Assembly: GCA_946185555.1 (NCBI GenBank)
Contig: CAMHKB010000001.1
Coordinates: 7,290-71,289, forward strand
Reading direction: 5' to 3'
Length of the DNA: 64,000 bases
Source: an uncultured Clostridia bacterium
Lineage (GTDB): Bacteria > Bacillota > Clostridia > Oscillospirales > Acutalibacteraceae
Both the position numbers and the translations under genes were made by a program. Numbering within the stretch: the stretch's first letter is position 1; every line of letters begins with the position of its first letter. This document shows positions 25,730-34,905 of the stretch, one piece after another. The notes under the pieces were generated by a model that made no database searches, was not told the DNA's origin, and saw only the letters and a program-made list of their open reading frames with translations.

Positions 25730-28700
25730 TCACTTAACTGTCAGCGTGAAATCCCTAGAAACAACGCTTCCGCTGTTATCCTTTACGTTGATTCTGAGGC
25801 TGTAGGTGCCGGCAGCTTTAGGTGTATATTTGCATGAAGTATTTGAACTATATGCAGATCCGTCAATAACCATAAGCTTCTCCCATGAAGTTGCTGACGC
25901 TTTCTTGTAGTAATAAGCATACAGATAGGGGCTTGTACCGCCGCTTGCCTTACCATTAAGAGTAACTGGTGTGTTAGCCGATACACTTGTAGAGCTTACA
26001 GTAGAGCTGTTTGTTAGAGAAGCAGATGATGCCTTTACTGTAAGTGTAAACTCCTTGGAAACAACCTGACCTTCGCCGTACTGATCCTTGACGTTGATTC
26101 TTACATCGTACGTTCCGGCTGATGTAGGCTTGAAGGTTACGGAATCATACTTTGTATATGCAGAACCGCTTGATGTAACGTACGCCTTTGTCCATGAGCT
26201 GTCAGTTGACTTCTTATAGTAGTAAGCGTACTTGTAGGGGCTTGTACCGCCTGCTCCAACACCTGTCAGAGTAACTGTTGTGTTTGCTGTAACACTTGTC
26301 GCACTGATCTTTGAATTATTTGTAAGAGCTGTTCCGCCCGTTGCTTTTACAGTAAATTCCTTGGATGCAACTGTTCCGGCTGTATCCTTAACATTTACCT
26401 TCAGGTTATATGTACCTGCTGCTGTAGGAGTAAACTTGTAGGATGTATTTGTTACATATACAGAGCCGTTAGAATTTGAAAGCTTTGTCCATGTGCTGTC
26501 GGTTGACTTCTTGTAGTAGTAGCCGTACTTATAAGAGCTTGAACCGCCGCTTGCCTTTGCTGTAATTGTTACAGCAGAGTTAACTGCTACGCTTGTTGAG
26601 CTTACTGTTGAGCTGTTTATAAGATCTGCGCCGGTAGCCTTTACCTGGAGTTCCTTAGAAGCAATTGCGCCGGAATCATCCTTGACATTGACTTTAATAT
26701 TATAAGTACCTGCTGTTGTCGGTTTGAACTGATATGATGTATTTGTTACATATACAGAACCGTTAGAATTTGAAAGCTTTGTCCATGTGCTGTCGGTTGA
26801 CTTCTTATAGTAGTAGCCGTACTTATAAGGAGTTGAACCGCCTGTTGCCTTGGCTGTAATTGTAACAGCAGAGTTAACTGCTACGCTTGCTGCGCTGATT
26901 GTTGAGTTGTTTGCAAGAGGTGAACCGTTTGCTGTTACCTCAAATTCCTTCTGAACAATTGTACCCTCTGAATCCTTGACATTGATCTTAAGGTTGTAGG
27001 TACCTGCCGCCTTAGGTGTGAATGTATATGATGTATCGCTTACATATACAGAACCGTTAGTTTCAGAAAGCTTTGTCCATGTGCTGTCGGTTGACTTCTT
27101 GCAGTAGTAGCCGTACTTATAAGGAGCTGTACCGCCGCTTGCTGAGCCTGACATTACAACATTGTTGTTTACATCAACTGTCTGAGCACTGATGGTTGAG
27201 TTGTTCTTGAGAGCGCCTGTACAAACTACTGTAAATTCCTTAGAAACTACTGTACCTTCGCTGTCCTTAACGCTTACTTTTGCAATATATTCGCCGTCAG
27301 CGGCAGGCTTGAATGTTCCTGTTGTAGCTGAGCCGAATGCTGTTCCTATAGTTGTCCATGAGCTTGCGGAAGCCTTCTTATAGTAGAAAGCATACTTATA
27401 CGGACTTGAGCCGCTGCTTGCCTTACCTGTCATCTTAACATCTGTATTAAGCTTGACATTTGTAGCACTTATTATAGAATCATTTGAAAGGTCTGTTGAA
27501 CCGCATACTTCACAAACCTTTATAGTTTTACCGCTTGCATTTGTTACAGTCTTCCATGTGTGGTCAGACTTCGGGATAGCTGCTGTGAATGTTGTTCCGC
27601 ATATATTACACTTATACTGTGCTTCGCCTTCTTCAGAGCAGGTAGCCTCTTTGATGGTCTTTGTAATCGTCTTATCACCGTGCTTGCAGAATATATCAAA
27701 AGATACTGTTGTATTGCCGTTATAGTTTCCTTTACCGGTAATTTTAACATTGCTTGTGCCGGGCTTCTTGTTTGTTGTTGCATAAGTAAGAGTATAATCT
27801 GTACCCTCCGCAAGCTTGTAGCCCTTATAATAAACAACAACTTCCGGCTTAACACCTGTGGTCTTGTTATCCATAGTAAGTTCCTGATCAGGAATATTTC
27901 TGACGATAACCTCAGGATCGGATACCGGTCTTGCAGTGATCTGTATCTTCTTTGTTACCTTTGAGTTGTACTTGCCCATACCTATTACTTCAATAGTAAC
28001 ATATTCGCCGACTGTGTTATTATCTGTGTATGTAACCTCATAATCTTTGCCCTCTACGAGGCTGACATTAACTGTGGTGGAATGACCCAGAATATCAGTT
28101 TCTGTATAGCTGTATGCTACACTTACAGAAGGTCTGTAAACCTGTAATGTAGGATCATATGTTGCAGATCCGTAAATAACGGTCGCACTTCCGAGAGCAT
28201 ATTCTACAGAAACATGGCAAACATCCGTCTTATTGCCTGATTTAACTGTAATATTACAGTCGCCGAGTGCATGACCAGTAACCTTACCTGTTGAATCTAC
28301 TGTAGCTATATTTTCATCGCTTGATGACCATTCAAGATTAACGCCCGATACAGCAGTATCAGATTCGTTATATACAGTTGCACTCAGAGTTTCAGTCGCA
28401 GTCATTGTATTCTTTGCGAGTGTTATTGTAAGATCCGGAAGGGATCCGTCCGTCTTTGTTACAAGCTTACTGCCCTTAAGTACTACAGATGAGGTAGTAA
28501 AGCCAACAAGTGTGGTTGTTGCAGTCTTGCCTGATTCAGCAGTTGCAGTAAGAACAGCCTTACCGTTTCCTACTATCTTTACAAAGCCATCGTCAGTTAC
28601 CTGTGCAACAGCTGTATTGTTTGACTTCCAGTGAGCTACTCTGTCATCATGATCATAAGGCTGGTTTGTAGATATCTTCAGATCTCCGTCCAGAGAAAGT

Positions 28701-30556
28701 GTTGAACCAACATTAAGATTCTTCTTATAGCTTGTATCTCTTGCAACAGCGTCAACTATCGTAAAGCTTGTTGCTCTTTTAAGGACATTAAGATCAAAAA
28801 GTTTGGAGATAGTAGGATTGTTTTTAGAGCTTACCTTTACCTGAACGCTTCCTCTTGCAAATCCTTTAAGAGTAAGAGCTGTTGCTGTTTCGCTTACAAT
28901 AGTAACATAATCGCCATTGTTAGCGCCGTTTCCTAAAACCTCCCAGACCATAGTATCGTCCGGTGTAGAGCCGTCTAATGCAACAAGAGCACCGGTAAAT
29001 GTTATATTATTCTGGTCAAACACCTCTACAACAGAGCCGTTATATACATTAACAATATTGTCATCCTTAGCATATGTAACAGATATCTCCGCAGATTCTG
29101 TCTTCTTAACAACATTTACAGTGATCTTAGCCTCAACGCCTGAGTTCTTAGCTTTTGCCGTAATTACAGCTGTTCCGACTTTAACACCAGTAACAGCAGC
29201 AGTCTGGCTGTTAGTAAACTTGCCGTTTACAAGCGACTCAACTGTTGCAACAGAAGTATTGGAGGAAGACCATATGATCTCTTCATCTGCTGTGTCAGGA
29301 TTCATTTTTGCAGTCAGTACAGTCTGTCCGTCAACCTTTGTAGATGGAGTGCCTGTGATCTTGATAGACTGTGCCTTTGTGAGAACCTTTATATCCACCT
29401 CAGCGTGAACATTTTCATTCTCAGCAGTAATTGTGATCTTAGCATCGCCCTTGCCTACTGCCTGAATGTTGCCCTCATCATCAACAGTAACAACCTTAGA
29501 GTTACTTGTAGACCATGTAAAAACGTCAGTTGCGCCGGATTCATAGCCTGCGCCTGAATATGCTGCATCGCTCTCGAAAGCAAGCTTCATCTTGTCTCCT
29601 ACTTCCATTGCGGAAGGAGCATTCTTTATTGCAAGACCCGTAGCCGGGTTTTCCTTAACTATTGTTACATGAAGGAACTTCGGAACGCTCTGAACATCTG
29701 CATCTTCCCCGTCAACCTTTCTGGTTGTGAAACTCTTTTCCTTCTTGGAAGTAGAAGTTTTCTTATACTTCGTAACTATTGTCACTTCGCCGTTTGTCTT
29801 AGGAGTGAAAAGACCTGTCTGTGTAATTTCGGCCTTGCTTGTAGTTTTTCCTGTAGAAGTCCCATCGTAGTATCCGTCATAAACAGCCCACTCGACCTCA
29901 TCAGTAGAAGACGACGGAATTCTTTCTGCATCAAACTGATACTTGTGGTTAGCTATAGTCATAATACTTGCTGAAATAATGGGGTTGTTATCCTTATCCT
30001 TAAGCTCAGTTTTACCCTTGTTCGTGACCCAGAATACCTTCATATCTGTTGCCGGTTCAAGTGTGACTATAGTTACGGAACGATAAACCTCACCGCCTGC
30101 TGTTGTGAAGTAGATATGGCTTGTACCGGCCTTTCTTGACGCACCCTCGCCGTCATATCCGTTAACTGTAACCTCCAGCTCGCCTGGTTTTTTCATCGAA
30201 TAAGAGCTGTATTTTTCGCCATCGCTGTCGCCCTCATAGAAGCAGCGGATCTGATCCTCTACAGCTGCGCCGTTATCATTGCTTGCCACAACAGTAAATT
30301 TTCTTGAAGTGATGTTATCCTTGTTTGCCCTGTTGTTATCAACATAGAAAACAGCGTTGTCGCCAAGGTCTTTTCCATTTTCATCAAGAACCTTCAGCTT
30401 TGTTGCAACAGCAGAAGCTGCGCTTGCAACAATACCCGTCTGCGATGTACCCACAGCCATCTCTGCCACTGCGCCCGGAACAAGAACAGCCGCAGCCGAA
30501 AGTACTGCAAGAACCTTGAGTGCTGCACGGCGGGTACGTGTTTTTGAAATTTGCAT
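25730..30556 (-). CDS. large secreted surface protein: multiple Big_2-like Ig domains, a Cys-rich module, six C-terminal triple-tyrosine (Y_Y_Y-like) repeats
   Basis: 1608 aa. There is a signal peptide (RRAALKVLAVLSAAAVLVPGAVA). Repeated ...W.SSN..VATVD..G.V.A...G.A.ITA... units are Big_2-like. Six roughly 92-102 aa repeats each carry GG.SPYKY.YYYKK....W and AGTY...INVKD. Confidence 0.8.
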   Translation of the reverse strand: MQISKTRTRRAALKVLAVLSAAAVLVPGAVAEMAVGTSQTGIVASAASAVATKLKVLDENGKDLGDNAVFYVDNNRANKDNITSRKFTVVASNDNGAAVEDQIRCFYEGDSDGEKYSSYSMKKPGELEVTVNGYDGEGASRKAGTSHIYFTTAGGEVYRSVTIVTLEPATDMKVFWVTNKGKTELKDKDNNPIISASIMTIANHKYQFDAERIPSSSTDEVEWAVYDGYYDGTSTGKTTSKAEITQTGLFTPKTNGEVTIVTKYKKTSTSKKEKSFTTRKVDGEDADVQSVPKFLHVTIVKENPATGLAIKNAPSAMEVGDKMKLAFESDAAYSGAGYESGATDVFTWSTSNSKVVTVDDEGNIQAVGKGDAKITITAENENVHAEVDIKVLTKAQSIKITGTPSTKVDGQTVLTAKMNPDTADEEIIWSSSNTSVATVESLVNGKFTNSQTAAVTGVKVGTAVITAKAKNSGVEAKITVNVVKKTESAEISVTYAKDDNIVNVYNGSVVEVFDQNNITFTGALVALDGSTPDDTMVWEVLGNGANNGDYVTIVSETATALTLKGFARGSVQVKVSSKNNPTISKLFDLNVLKRATSFTIVDAVARDTSYKKNLNVGSTLSLDGDLKISTNQPYDHDDRVAHWKSNNTAVAQVTDDGFVKIVGNGKAVLTATAESGKTATTTLVGFTTSSVVLKGSKLVTKTDGSLPDLTITLAKNTMTATETLSATVYNESDTAVSGVNLEWSSSDENIATVDSTGKVTGHALGDCNITVKSGNKTDVCHVSVEYALGSATVIYGSATYDPTLQVYRPSVSVAYSYTETDILGHSTTVNVSLVEGKDYEVTYTDNNTVGEYVTIEVIGMGKYNSKVTKKIQITARPVSDPEVIVRNIPDQELTMDNKTTGVKPEVVVYYKGYKLAEGTDYTLTYATTNKKPGTSNVKITGKGNYNGNTTVSFDIFCKHGDKTITKTIKEATCSEEGEAQYKCNICGTTFTAAIPKSDHTWKTVTNASGKTIKVCEVCGSTDLSNDSIISATNVKLNTDVKMTGKASSGSSPYKYAFYYKKASASSWTTIGTAFGSATTGTFKPAADGEYIAKVSVKDSEGTVVSKEFTVVCTGALKNNSTISAQTVDVNNNVVMSGSASGGTAPYKYGYYCKKSTDSTWTKLSETNGSVYVSDTSYTFTPKAAGTYNLKINVKDSEGTIVQKEFEVTANGSPLANNSTISAASVAVNSAVTITAKATGGSTPYKYGYYYKKSTDSTWTKLSNSNGSVYVTNTSYQFKPTTAGTYNIKVNVKDDSGAIASKELQVKATGADLINSSTVSSTSVAVNSAVTITAKASGGSSSYKYGYYYKKSTDSTWTKLSNSNGSVYVTNTSYKFTPTAAGTYNLKVNVKDTAGTVASKEFTVKATGGTALTNNSKISATSVTANTTVTLTGVGAGGTSPYKYAYYYKKSTDSSWTKAYVTSSGSAYTKYDSVTFKPTSAGTYDVRINVKDQYGEGQVVSKEFTLTVKASSASLTNSSTVSSTSVSANTPVTLNGKASGGTSPYLYAYYYKKASATSWEKLMVIDGSAYSSNTSCKYTPKAAGTYSLRINVKDNSGSVVSRDFTLTVK
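25733..27490 (-). repeat. six in-frame tandem coding repeats (276-306 nt units) at the 3-prime end of the surface-protein gene
   Basis: Unit boundaries by my count are 25733-26026, 26027-26332, 26333-26629, 26630-26923, 26924-27214 and 27215-27490. Units 3 and 4 share long near-identical DNA runs (compare 26450-26530 with 26750-26830). Confidence 0.8.
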
Positions 30557-30705
30557 AGCTTTTTGTCTCCTTTACTAAAATATTTGAGTTTTCTCAGATA
30601 AAGCTCATATAATACAGAAATCTTCCCCAACAGACAAAAAAGACTCCATATTCCGAGTGAGCATACATCTGAATATGCGTAATACGCACAAACCTTCTCA
30701 TATCA

Positions 30706-30734
30706 ATAATATCACAGATAATAAAAACAGTCAA
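30706..30734 (-). promoter_or_regulatory. putative sigma-A promoter of the large surface-protein gene
   Basis: The minus strand reads TTGACT (30734-30729), a 17-nt spacer, then TATTAT (30711-30706). This would give a leader of about 140 nt containing the palindrome TGCGTAATACGCA (30676-30688). Confidence 0.4.
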
Positions 30735-30801
30735 GTATAATTAGAGAATTTACATCACAAAACGCGATTATTTTTTTCCTGAAATATCTGAAATAAGAGT
30801 A

Positions 30802-30829
30802 TCCCCGTCTTGATATTTCAAAACGGGGA
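30802..30829 (-). terminator. possible terminator after the 438-aa membrane protein gene
   Basis: TCCCCGT (30802-30808) pairs with ACGGGGA (30823-30829). The downstream tract on the minus strand, TACTCTTATTTC, is only moderately U-rich. Confidence 0.4.
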
Positions 30830-30835
30830 CGGTAT

Positions 30836-32152
30836 TTATTCATCATTGCTTCCAAGCTCGTCAAGCATACGGAATAATTCATCATAATCTTCGCCGCTGT
30901 CGTCATCGGCATAATCTTCTTCCTGTACATCCTCAGATGTATTGAAAACAACGTCTTCCTTAGGCTCTAACGCAACATACTCAGGTTCATCAAAGTTATT
31001 TTCGTAATTTTCCTCAGATGATTCAGACATATCAGAAATCTTCTGTTCATCTGTATCATTATCAGTTTCCGGTTCGGATTCCTCAAAGCTCAGACTGCCT
31101 TTAAATACTCCGGGGGTTTCATCCTTGAACAGCTTTCTGTCAGAACGCTCATAATCGTCATCTTCTTCATCGGAGATTTTAAGGCTTTTAGAAGGCTTGC
31201 TGCTGACTTTTGGTTTCGGCGCTGGTGTACGCTTTTTTGCCGGCTTTTCAGGAGACTTTTCCGAACGGTCTTCTGATATTGCTCCTAAAAACTCAGGGTC
31301 GTCATACTCATCATCTTCATCAAATTTATCAATATCTGCATTTCGTGCATTGCTCGCAACAAAGCAGACAACATATGCTGCAAATGCTATATCAGTAACA
31401 CAAACAAGTACCCTTCCGAATGTCGGTTCAACTACAAGAGTATCTATTCCTCCCGTATCCGGAGTCGGAGAAAACATCTTTATCATTATATCAATAGTAG
31501 TGATAAGACCGCACATTACATAGCATATACCGTAAAGCGTCGATCTTCTCACTGCTGTACGTGGGCCTATCTCAGCGAAAAGCATTGCCTGATAAAACAG
31601 GAACAGCATAAGCAGTGTCACCGATATAACATCGAACATTTCAGTAGCATGAATAGAAACCTTTGAATACTGTATAAACAGAGTTATCAGTCTTCCGCAT
31701 GCCCATGCCGGAAGAAACAATGTCGCAAGAGGGAATTTCGTCATACCGTTATGTCCGGTAAACGAAATGCACGATTCATAAAGCATGACTGCTCCGCCGA
31801 TTATGCCCAGAAAAACATATATCAGCGTCCCTGCAACAGATTCCGACTGTCCGAGGGATAAAAGCGACAGAACACCTGAACCCATAATGGACACGGCAGC
31901 GATAAATCCAAAAAAACCTGTAGCCTTGCTTTTAGGCGGTGTCAGGCTTACCTCAACCTTTCTGTCCGCAAGCAGCATAATAACGCCGATCAGCCAGACA
32001 AGAATTATTGAAGCTACAAATACTGCGGAACAAATATCCGAGTTAAGTATAAATCCCACACCGTTTACGTTAAAGACAGTATCGCATATTTTTGCGGCAC
32101 CGCCTATGATACCGAACAATATCATCGGTATCCACAATTTGTTAATTTTCAT
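30836..32152 (-). CDS. hypothetical polytopic membrane protein with long acidic disordered C-terminus
   Basis: 438 aa. About 280 aa carry roughly 8 hydrophobic helices. The tail is Asp/Glu/Ser/Lys-rich (PAKKRTPAPKPKVSSKPSK...DDDSGEDYDELFRMLDEL). No family recognised. Confidence 0.5.
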   Translation of the reverse strand: MKINKLWIPMILFGIIGGAAKICDTVFNVNGVGFILNSDICSAVFVASIILVWLIGVIMLLADRKVEVSLTPPKSKATGFFGFIAAVSIMGSGVLSLLSLGQSESVAGTLIYVFLGIIGGAVMLYESCISFTGHNGMTKFPLATLFLPAWACGRLITLFIQYSKVSIHATEMFDVISVTLLMLFLFYQAMLFAEIGPRTAVRRSTLYGICYVMCGLITTIDIMIKMFSPTPDTGGIDTLVVEPTFGRVLVCVTDIAFAAYVVCFVASNARNADIDKFDEDDEYDDPEFLGAISEDRSEKSPEKPAKKRTPAPKPKVSSKPSKSLKISDEEDDDYERSDRKLFKDETPGVFKGSLSFEESEPETDNDTDEQKISDMSESSEENYENNFDEPEYVALEPKEDVVFNTSEDVQEEDYADDDSGEDYDELFRMLDELGSNDE

Positions 32153-32209
32153 AGAGACCTCTCTTTCTGCCGGAATACCGGACAGATCACAATTACACGG
32201 CAGCCTGTA

Positions 32210-33577
32210 TCAGCTTTTTCTCTCGTTTATTGGCTCATACGCTTTGCTTTTCACCATAGAACGGTATGCCGGACGAATAATCCTGCCGCCGTAGGTTACT
32301 TCTTCCATTCTGTGGGCGCACCATCCGGCTATTCTTGACACTGCAAAAAGCGGAGTAAACATATCGCTCGGTATACCCAGCATATCATACACAAAGCCGG
32401 AATAAAAGTCAACATTTGCGCATATTACTTTAGAGCTTCCCTTTACCTCTCTCATAACCTTTGGTGTAAGCTTTTCAACCAGCTTGTACAGCTCAAATTC
32501 AGCAGTCATATTTTTTTCATCTGCAATTTTCGCAGCGGTTCTCTTAAGTATAACAGCACGGGGATCAGACAGAGTATATACAGCATGACCGAATCCGTAT
32601 ATAAGTCCTGTACCGTCTCCCTTTTCCTTTTTGATAACAGCTGAAAGATACTCAAAGACCTCATCTTCATCCGACCAGTTTCTGACTTCCTCCTTCAGTT
32701 CGTTCATCATGGTGCGTACCCTGAGATTTGCGCCGCCGTGGCGGGGACCCTTCAGCGAACCTATAGCAGCCGCTATAGCTGAATATGTATCAGTTCCGGA
32801 GCTTGACAGCACTCTGGACGCAAATGTCGAGTTATTTCCGCCGCCGTGTTCCGCATGAAGTATCATACAAAGATCAAGAAGCTTTGCTTCCGAATCAGTA
32901 AACTTCATATCAAGTCTCAGTGCTCTGAGTATTGACTCACTTGTTGAAAGTGAAAGATCAACAGGATGGAAAAACATACTTTCCCTGTCGAATGCCCTTC
33001 TCTTAACCTGATAAGCATATGTCATTATCGTGGGAAGACAGGCTAGCAGCTGAATGGACTGTCTCATCGAATTTTCCAGTGAAGTATCATCCGGATTATC
33101 GTCAAAGGTATAAAGTCCGAGTACAGAATGCGCCAACTTGTTCATTATATCCCTTGAGGGGAGCTTCATTATCATATCTTCGGCAAAATTATGAGGAAGC
33201 TCTCTGTAATGCCCTAAAATAGATTTGAACCTGTCAAGGTGATACTGATCCGGAAGACTTCCGAAAAGCAGTAGCCATGCCGTTTCCTCATAACCGAACC
33301 TGTCCTCTTCTATGCAGGCATTAACAATATCATTTACATCATAGCCCCTGTATGTAAGCTTTCCCTCATCAGGAACTCTTTCACCGTCCGCCATCATAAA
33401 GCCGTGAACATTACAAATATTTGTAAGTCCAGCCATAACGCCTGTTCCGTCAGGATTCCTCAGACCTCTTTTAACACCGTAGGTCTGAAAGTCACGGGCA
33501 TTGAATCCGTTATATCTTCTGTATTCGTCACAAAGCTCTGCTAACTTGTCATCATAAAAAACATCTTTATCTGACAT
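32210..33577 (-). CDS. citrate synthase
   Basis: 455 aa with the citrate synthase signatures LHAEHGGGNNSTF, GPRHGGAN, GFGHAVY and NVDFYSG. Confidence 0.85.
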   Translation of the reverse strand: MSDKDVFYDDKLAELCDEYRRYNGFNARDFQTYGVKRGLRNPDGTGVMAGLTNICNVHGFMMADGERVPDEGKLTYRGYDVNDIVNACIEEDRFGYEETAWLLLFGSLPDQYHLDRFKSILGHYRELPHNFAEDMIMKLPSRDIMNKLAHSVLGLYTFDDNPDDTSLENSMRQSIQLLACLPTIMTYAYQVKRRAFDRESMFFHPVDLSLSTSESILRALRLDMKFTDSEAKLLDLCMILHAEHGGGNNSTFASRVLSSSGTDTYSAIAAAIGSLKGPRHGGANLRVRTMMNELKEEVRNWSDEDEVFEYLSAVIKKEKGDGTGLIYGFGHAVYTLSDPRAVILKRTAAKIADEKNMTAEFELYKLVEKLTPKVMREVKGSSKVICANVDFYSGFVYDMLGIPSDMFTPLFAVSRIAGWCAHRMEEVTYGGRIIRPAYRSMVKSKAYEPINERKS

Positions 33578-33920
33578 TTAACATACCTCTTTTCATCTTT
33601 CTTTTTTTACCTCTATATTTTATCCTATTTTTCTCCATATGTCAACCAGCGTGACACCGGCGAGCCGCCGAAGCCTTAATATGAAGGTTTTTCTTTTATA
33701 GAAGTTCCGACAACGCTGCCAATTATAATTTTGCACTTAGCCGCACCAGTCTTGCACTACTATTTTGTAAAAGTACTGGCGCAGAGAACGATTCACAAAT
33801 GTTACGGTTTACAATGAAGTAGTGCAAGACTGATTTGGGTGCGCAGACTCTGCGCCTGGGAGAAAACCTTTCCTAAAAAAACTATAAGATATTCTAACTT
33901 TTTTCCCAGAATAAAGGATA

Positions 33921-34904
33921 ATGTTTATGAAAAAAATAGTCATTACTTTCATTTGTTTTTTTATCATCCTTGCACTGATACCAGTCATTGCCATAGATGC
34001 ACCGCCGAAAAATTCAGACGATACACCTGCACTTCCAGAAAACACCGGCATTTCCGATAAAAACTGCTTTATCATACTCAACACATCTGACGGAAAAATA
34101 ATTTCTGTGAACGACAGGGAATTTCTTTATGGTGCACTGACTTACGAAATGCCGCCTGGATTCGAGGAAGAAGCCCTGAAAGCACAGGCTGTCGCCGCTT
34201 ATACATTTTTCTGCCGTAAAAGACTGCTGCAAAGGGCAAGCCCCGACCCTTCTCTTAATGGCGCAGACTTTTCCGCTGATCTAAGCAGCGGAGAAATATA
34301 TATGAATGAAGAAATGCGTCGCAAAAAGCTCGGCAGTATGTACAATGAAAGCATGGCTAAGATCAAAAAATGCTGCGACAGTGTATACGGCAAAATATTG
34401 ACAGACAGCAGCGGCGAACCAATAGAAGCAGCATATCACGCTATATCTTCCGGCATCACAGAGGATTCAAAGGACATCTTCGGCAACGCACAGCCATACC
34501 TGATTCCTACAGCAAGTCCGGGAGATGTTTTTGCGGCCGATTATATCACAGAATCCCAGTTCACGGCTGATGAATTCAGAAACAGACTGAGAAAAAGCAT
34601 AAGCGGCATAAGCTTTTCAGGAAAACCTGAAAACTATATTAAAGGCTTAACTAAAACGTCATCCGGTTCGGTAAAAACAATAAACATCTGCGGAAAAAGC
34701 CTGACAGGATCACAGGTAAGAAATATTTTCGGTCTGAGAAGTGCAAATTTTGAATTGACATTTGAGAACAATCAATTCATATTCCTTGTAAGAGGATACG
34801 GACACGGCGTAGGTATGAGCCAATACGGCGCACAGTCAATGGCTGAAAACGGTGCAGACTACAAAGAAATACTTTTTCACTACTATGGTATCAGATGTAC
34901 GTAA
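33921..34904 (+). CDS. spoIID: SpoIID/LytB-domain protein (stage II sporulation protein D-like)
   Basis: N-terminal TM or signal segment, then ALKAQAVAAYTF, EAAYHAISSGITE and GYGHGVGMSQYGA, the SpoIID lytic transglycosylase motifs. Confidence 0.85.
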   Translation: MFMKKIVITFICFFIILALIPVIAIDAPPKNSDDTPALPENTGISDKNCFIILNTSDGKIISVNDREFLYGALTYEMPPGFEEEALKAQAVAAYTFFCRKRLLQRASPDPSLNGADFSADLSSGEIYMNEEMRRKKLGSMYNESMAKIKKCCDSVYGKILTDSSGEPIEAAYHAISSGITEDSKDIFGNAQPYLIPTASPGDVFAADYITESQFTADEFRNRLRKSISGISFSGKPENYIKGLTKTSSGSVKTINICGKSLTGSQVRNIFGLRSANFELTFENNQFIFLVRGYGHGVGMSQYGAQSMAENGADYKEILFHYYGIRCT

Positions 34905-34905
34905 A

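Noticed and set aside
25733-25741. Exact match to the AgrA/LytTR half-site consensus ACAGTTAAG on the minus strand near the LytTR regulator gene
   Set aside because: It is a single copy with no partner repeat at the usual 12-13-nt spacing. It lies inside the last codons (L-T-V-K-stop) of the surface-protein gene, so it is most likely coincidental.
25733-27490. Regular repeats of about 294 nt that could be mistaken for a CRISPR-like or satellite array
   Set aside because: The units are contiguous with no unique spacers, in frame, and encode a conserved protein domain. They are coding tandem repeats and do not form a CRISPR array.
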